DNA from: a virus
Direction: 5' to 3' (one strand)
UHGV virus genome: UHGV-2152132
DNA: 18,425 nucleotides
Shown here one piece after another: positions 15,350 to 18,425 of this stretch. The position numbers were made by a program, and so were the translations under genes. How positions within the stretch are numbered: the stretch's first letter is position 1; every line of letters begins with the position of its first letter. Under the pieces are notes generated by a model. That model did no database searches and was not told the origin of the DNA. It saw only the letters and a list, made by a program, of their open reading frames with translations.

Positions 15350-16446
15350 ATTTCAGCTCTGAACTGCTTAACAAAGGCAACAAAACTCCCGCATTCAGCA
15401 TCAGTATTGAGGGCAGGGATATCACCACTGTGCTGGATAACCGCCTGATGAGTTTGACGCTGACGGATAACCGGGGCTTTGAAGCGGACCAGCTTGATCT
15501 GGAGCTGGATGACGCTGACGGAAAAATCGTGCTGCCGCGCCGTGGTGCGGTTATTACGCTGGCGCTGGGCTGGAAGGGGCAGCCGCTTTTCCCGAAAGGG
15601 GCATTCACAGTGGACGAGATTGAACACACTGGCGCACCGGACCGCCTGACTATCCGGGCGCGAAGTGCTGATTTTCGGGAAACGCTGAATACCCGCCGTG
15701 AAAAATCGTGGCATAAGACCACCGTCGGGGAAGTGGTGAAGGAAATAGCCGCGCGGCACAAGCTGAAGATGGCCCTGGGTAAAGACCTGTCGGATAAGCC
15801 CGTGGAGCATATAGACCAGACTAATGAGAGTGACGGCAGTTTTCTGATGCGGCTGGCGCGACAGTACGGTGCCATCGCGTCGGTGAAAAATGGCAATCTG
15901 TTATTCATCCGGCAGGGGCAGGGCAAAAGCGCCACTGGTAAACCTCTGCCAGTGATCACTATCACACGCAAGGACGGCGACAGTCACCGATTTACCCTGG
16001 CAGATCGCGGAGCCTACACGGGCGTAATTGCCAGCTGGTTGCATACCCGCGAACCTGCGAAGAAAGAAAGCACCACGGTGAAGCGTAAGCGCAGAACTAA
16101 GAAGCAGAAGAAAGAGCCGGAAGCGAAGCAGGGCGATTACCTGGTGGGTACGGATGAAAACGTGCTGGTACTTAATCGCACTTATGCCAACCGGAGCAAC
16201 GCTGAACGGGCAGCGAAAATGCAGTGGGAACGCCTGCAACGCGGCGTTGCGTCATTCTCGCTACAACTGGCGGAAGGGCGGGCAGATCTTTACACGGAAA
16301 TGCCAGTGAAAGTTAGTGGCTTTAAACAACCGATAGATGATGCGGAATGGACCATTACGACTCTGACTCATACCGTCAGCCCGGATAATGGTTTTACGAC
16401 CAGTATTGAACTCGAAGTGAAGATTGATGATCTTGAAATGGAATAA
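15346..16446 (+). CDS. D: Tail protein gpD (late control D family)
   Basis: 366 aa with a GTG start overlapping the U stop (GTGA). GGGAGGG RBS at 15331-15337. Contains a Phage_GPD-like segment (SDGSFLMRLARQYGAIASVKNGNLLF). Confidence 0.88.
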   Translation: MNFSSELLNKGNKTPAFSISIEGRDITTVLDNRLMSLTLTDNRGFEADQLDLELDDADGKIVLPRRGAVITLALGWKGQPLFPKGAFTVDEIEHTGAPDRLTIRARSADFRETLNTRREKSWHKTTVGEVVKEIAARHKLKMALGKDLSDKPVEHIDQTNESDGSFLMRLARQYGAIASVKNGNLLFIRQGQGKSATGKPLPVITITRKDGDSHRFTLADRGAYTGVIASWLHTREPAKKESTTVKRKRRTKKQKKEPEAKQGDYLVGTDENVLVLNRTYANRSNAERAAKMQWERLQRGVASFSLQLAEGRADLYTEMPVKVSGFKQPIDDAEWTITTLTHTVSPDNGFTTSIELEVKIDDLEME

Positions 16447-16514
16447 AGTGTTCTCAATATTGATATTTTGTGTATCATTACAATGATTCTGATAGCAAAG
16501 GTAGGGATCTGGAT

Positions 16515-16733
16515 ATGATGAATTGTCCAAAGTGTGGTCATGCGGCACACACAAGGAGCAGTTTTCAAGTAACTGAAAGCACCAAAGAGCGTTACTGCCA
16601 GTGCCAAAATATTAACTGCGGGAGCACTTTTGTTACCCATGAAACAGTGGTCCGGTTTATTGTGACACCCGCACTGATTGCTACTGCTCCTCCACATCCA
16701 TTGCCAGGTGGTCAGGGGCATATGAATTTTTGA
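16515..16733 (+). CDS. ogr: Ogr zinc-finger late-gene transcriptional activator
   Basis: Starting at the ATG at 16515 gives 72 aa with Cys4, Cys7, Cys30 and Cys35, exactly the P2 Ogr spacing (MMNCPKCGHAAHTRSS...KERYCQCQNINCGSTF). The track ORF (16470) adds 15 unsupported residues. A possible -10 TACAAT lies at 16479-16484. Confidence 0.9.
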   Translation: MMNCPKCGHAAHTRSSFQVTESTKERYCQCQNINCGSTFVTHETVVRFIVTPALIATAPPHPLPGGQGHMNF

Positions 16734-16740
16734 GAAAGAG

Positions 16741-16764
16741 AACCTGCTACGGCAGGTTTTTATT
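16741..16764 (+). terminator. Rho-independent terminator after ogr, overlapping the stop of the convergent gene
   Basis: AACCTGC tacg GCAGGTT followed by TTTTATT. The 7-bp stem is at 16741-16747 / 16752-16758. Confidence 0.6.
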
Positions 16765-17242
16765 CATCTGGGATCTCACCCGTTTCAAGAAAATGTATAA
16801 AGCCAGGCTCATCTATGATGATTGTGCCTTTCATCCTGGCTGCCGATACTTTTGATGGGCCTGCATTGTAACCGCAACAGAGCATCTGAAGGCTTTGGGT
16901 TACAGAGGTTCTTACCGTTAATCCTTGTTCATTCGCCTTATCAACCAATCTTTCTTTATCTGCTTTCTTAAATCCGGTGAAACACACATCGAATGTATTT
17001 TTTTTCGGACCAGACTGCTTAGTGAGATGTGAGTAGTTTTCGGGGAGGAATGACGCGCATTCCTGAATGGCTTGTTCTGGTGAATCGTACTGTTTAAGAA
17101 TGCGGTCTTTTCGGAAGGTTTTTATTCGATCGGTGTTCTTACAAATGCCCTGTATATGATTTTCGCTATAACTGATGCTCTGTATTGAGTGAACTCCGAT
17201 ACGACCATTTGCATTGATGTAAACAAAGTGAAGTTCTTCCAT
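16760..17242 (-). CDS. WYL-domain plus BRCT-domain protein (160 aa), prophage cargo
   Basis: The N-terminal HFVYINANGRIGVHSIQSISYSENHIQGICKNTDRIKTFRKDRI fits the WYL-domain pattern (F.Y...G....R.i......yi.GyC......R.FR.DRI). The C-terminal FDVCFTGFKKADKERLVDKANEQGLTVRTSVTQSLQMLCCGYNAGPSKVSAARMKGTIIIDEPGFIHFL fits BRCT as in the LigA C-terminus (F..TG......R........G..V..SVS..t..Lv.G...GSK...A...G..ii.E..F). AGAGG lies 7 nt upstream of the ATG. No HTH is evident. Confidence 0.6.
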   Translation of the reverse strand: MEELHFVYINANGRIGVHSIQSISYSENHIQGICKNTDRIKTFRKDRILKQYDSPEQAIQECASFLPENYSHLTKQSGPKKNTFDVCFTGFKKADKERLVDKANEQGLTVRTSVTQSLQMLCCGYNAGPSKVSAARMKGTIIIDEPGFIHFLETGEIPDE

Positions 17243-17270
17243 GTGAAACCTCTTTGCATGATTTCAAGAG

Positions 17271-17305
17271 GGCGACAGGCAAGATAGACGCAAAAGTCTG
17301 TCGCC
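17271..17305. repeat. 8-bp perfect inverted repeat GGCGACAG-N19-CTGTCGCC upstream of the WYL-BRCT gene
   Basis: Arms at 17271-17278 and 17298-17305, 29-63 nt upstream of the ATG at 17242. It could be an operator or a 5'-UTR hairpin. Confidence 0.45.
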
Positions 17306-17325
17306 ATTTTGCCGCCACTACCAAA

Positions 17326-17355
17326 GAAAAAGGGGCTACGCTTTCACGTAACCCC
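17326..17355 (-). terminator. Rho-independent terminator of the intact ssrA (supplied by the prophage side of the junction)
   Basis: Minus strand reads GGGGTTACG tgaaag CGTAGCCCC followed by TTTTTC. It is a 9-bp stem with one G-U pair, starting 11 nt after the tmRNA 3' end. Confidence 0.7.
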
Positions 17356-17365
17356 TTGTTTTATT

Positions 17366-17728
17366 TGGTGGAGCTGGCGGGAGTTGAACCCGCGTCCGAA
17401 ATTCCTACATCCTCGGTACTACATGCTTAGTCAGTCTTTATATTCGCTTGCCAGCTGCGGACGGACACGCCACTAACAAACTAGCCTGATTAAGTTTTAA
17501 CGCTTCAACCCCAGGCAGGGCTTCCACGCGATCTCTTTTGGGTTTGACCTCTCTTGATCCCCGTCCTAAGAGCGGAGGCTAGGGAGAGAGGGCTCTAAGC
17601 AGGTTATTAAGCTGCTAAAGCGTAGTTTTCGTCGTTTGCGACTATTTTTTGCGGCTTTTTACGAGGCCAACCGCCCCTCGGCATGCACCTTGGGTTTCGC
17701 AAATCCCGTCGAATCCAGAATCAGCCCC
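17366..17728 (-). ncRNA. ssrA: tmRNA (SsrA), complete, 363 nt
   Basis: The reverse complement starts GGGGCTGATTCTGGATTCGACGGGATTTGCGAAACCC and ends GGTTCAACTCCCGCCAGCTCCACCA. It contains the tag reading frame. The tRNA-like acceptor and T-arm are at the 3' end. Confidence 0.97.
17607..17639 (-). other. tmRNA tag-peptide reading frame ANDENYALAA plus stop
   Basis: Minus strand reads GCA AAC GAC GAA AAC TAC GCT TTA GCA GCT TAA. Confidence 0.95.
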
Positions 17729-17742
17729 AATGTGTAAAGGTA

Positions 17743-17751
17743 AGTATACCA
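17743..17751 (-). promoter_or_regulatory. Candidate ssrA promoter extended -10 (TGgTATACT)
   Basis: Minus strand reads TGGTATACT, 15 nt upstream of the mature 5' end. This is consistent with a short processed leader. I did not find a convincing -35. Confidence 0.45.
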
Positions 17752-17942
17752 GATTTATGAGCGCCATGACCAGCCTCAATGGCGTTATCGTTAAAGATTT
17801 AGCACCCATGTAGCCTGATTTTTATTCGATTAAGCAATGGGATGGCAACATTTGTGTCGGATGTGATAGCCAATAAGATGTTCATTCGCGCCGCCGGAGA
17901 GGGAGGCGCGGTGAGGAACTGGTCAATAATTGGAGTGCAGGT

Positions 17943-18425
17943 TTAACGGTGGGCGTTTTTCATGATACGTGCTTTATCCACCTGCCATTCGCGCTCTTTG
18001 ATATCTGAACGTTTATCGTGCTGTTTCTTACCTTTGGCGACGCCGATTTTCACTTTGCACCAGGCATTTTTCCAGTACAGGGAGAGCGCCACTACGGTAT
18101 AGCCTTCTCGATTGACGCGACCGTACAATGAGTCCAGTTCGCGCTGGTTGAGAAGTAACTTGCGGGTACGGGTAGGATCGCACACCACATGCGTGGAGGC
18201 CACGGCCATTGGCGTGATGTTAGCGCCAAACAGAAATGCCTCTCCGTCACGCAGAAGGACGTAGCTGTCGCTGATATTGGCTTTTCCTGCGCGCAGGGAT
18301 TTAACTTCCCAGCCTTGCAGGGCAAGTCCCGCTTCGAACTCTTCTTCGATAAAGTATTCGTGACGGGCGCGCTTGTTAAGCGCGATGGTCGCTGAACCAG
18401 GTTTATGTGCTTTTTTCTTCGTCAT
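17943..18425 (-). CDS. smpB: SsrA-binding protein SmpB
   Basis: 160 aa, [48 protein letters not shown]...; matches E. coli SmpB as I recall it. The ATG is at the window edge (18423-18425), and it has the canonical position upstream of ssrA. Confidence 0.97.

Larger units (their letters stand above)
5015..17410. mobile_element. Deleted P2/186-like (Fels-2-like) prophage remnant integrated in ssrA, including its flanking att repeats
   Basis: Bounded by the 45-49 bp direct repeats. Gene order is int-cI / apl-cII' ... invertase-FI-FII-E-T-U-D-ogr, which matches the P2/186 prophage map with the whole early-replication to tail-fibre block missing. Confidence 0.88.

Noticed and set aside
9609-16446. 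Tail module as a domesticated tailocin or contractile injection system
   Set aside because: Baseplate, spike, tail-fibre and tail-completion genes (P2 V, W, J, I, H, G, R, S) and lysis genes are absent from the window. The upstream junction shows they were deleted.
16470-16514. 15-codon N-terminal extension of ogr, and the 27-codon extension of the P4-type integrase (4849-4929)
   Set aside because: The internal ATGs reproduce the family N-termini (Ogr Cys4/Cys7 spacing; integrase MAK...LTDTEIK) and have better RBS context. The extensions have no family support.
14846-16721. Minus-strand ORFs 14846-15274, 15160-15810, 15318-15971, 15901-16239, 16261-16554 and 16368-16721
   Set aside because: They overlap U, D and ogr on the opposite strand, and I recognise no motifs in them. 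They are most simply wrong-strand ORFs.
17243-17325. Search for a LexA box (CTGT-N8-ACAG) upstream of the WYL-BRCT gene, by analogy with 186 tum
   Set aside because: No match was found. The only CTGT (17298-17301) belongs to the GGCGACAG/CTGTCGCC inverted repeat and is not followed by ACAG at the right spacing.

Overview
This is an E. coli-type smpB-ssrA (tmRNA) locus at the right end (minus strand), with two mobile elements integrated in tandem into the tmRNA 3' end. The tmRNA 3' terminus occurs twice as a 45-49 bp direct repeat: 17362-17410 inside the intact ssrA, and 5011-5059 as a displaced copy.

Element A (about 5060-17361) is a heavily deleted P2/186-like prophage. It keeps the lysogeny switch (int, cI, divergent apl, 5' part of cII). 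A deletion junction then fuses cII to about 20 bp of antisense tail-fibre sequence, a Hin/Gin/Cin/Pin-type crossover site and a DNA invertase gene. An intact late tail operon (FI, FII, E/E+E' with -1 frameshift, T, U, D) and ogr follow. Replication, capsid, lysis, baseplate and fibre genes are absent. Both prophage ends carry lower-GC accessory genes: a 419-aa RES-domain protein directly behind int, and a 160-aa WYL+BRCT protein between ogr and ssrA. These two genes would be adjacent across attP in the excised circle.

Element B (1-5014, running off the left edge) starts with a P4/CP4-57-type tyrosine integrase. It also carries a very AT-rich, translationally coupled three-gene operon: a large serine recombinase plus two ParB/Srx-domain proteins. 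A 50-bp dyad-symmetric site centred on a GT dinucleotide lies upstream of that operon.

The most interesting candidates for undescribed biology are the recombinase-ParB-ParB module, the RES-domain cargo gene and the WYL-BRCT gene. All protein-family calls come from motif recognition by eye; no database search was possible. No rRNA, tRNA or CRISPR array was seen.
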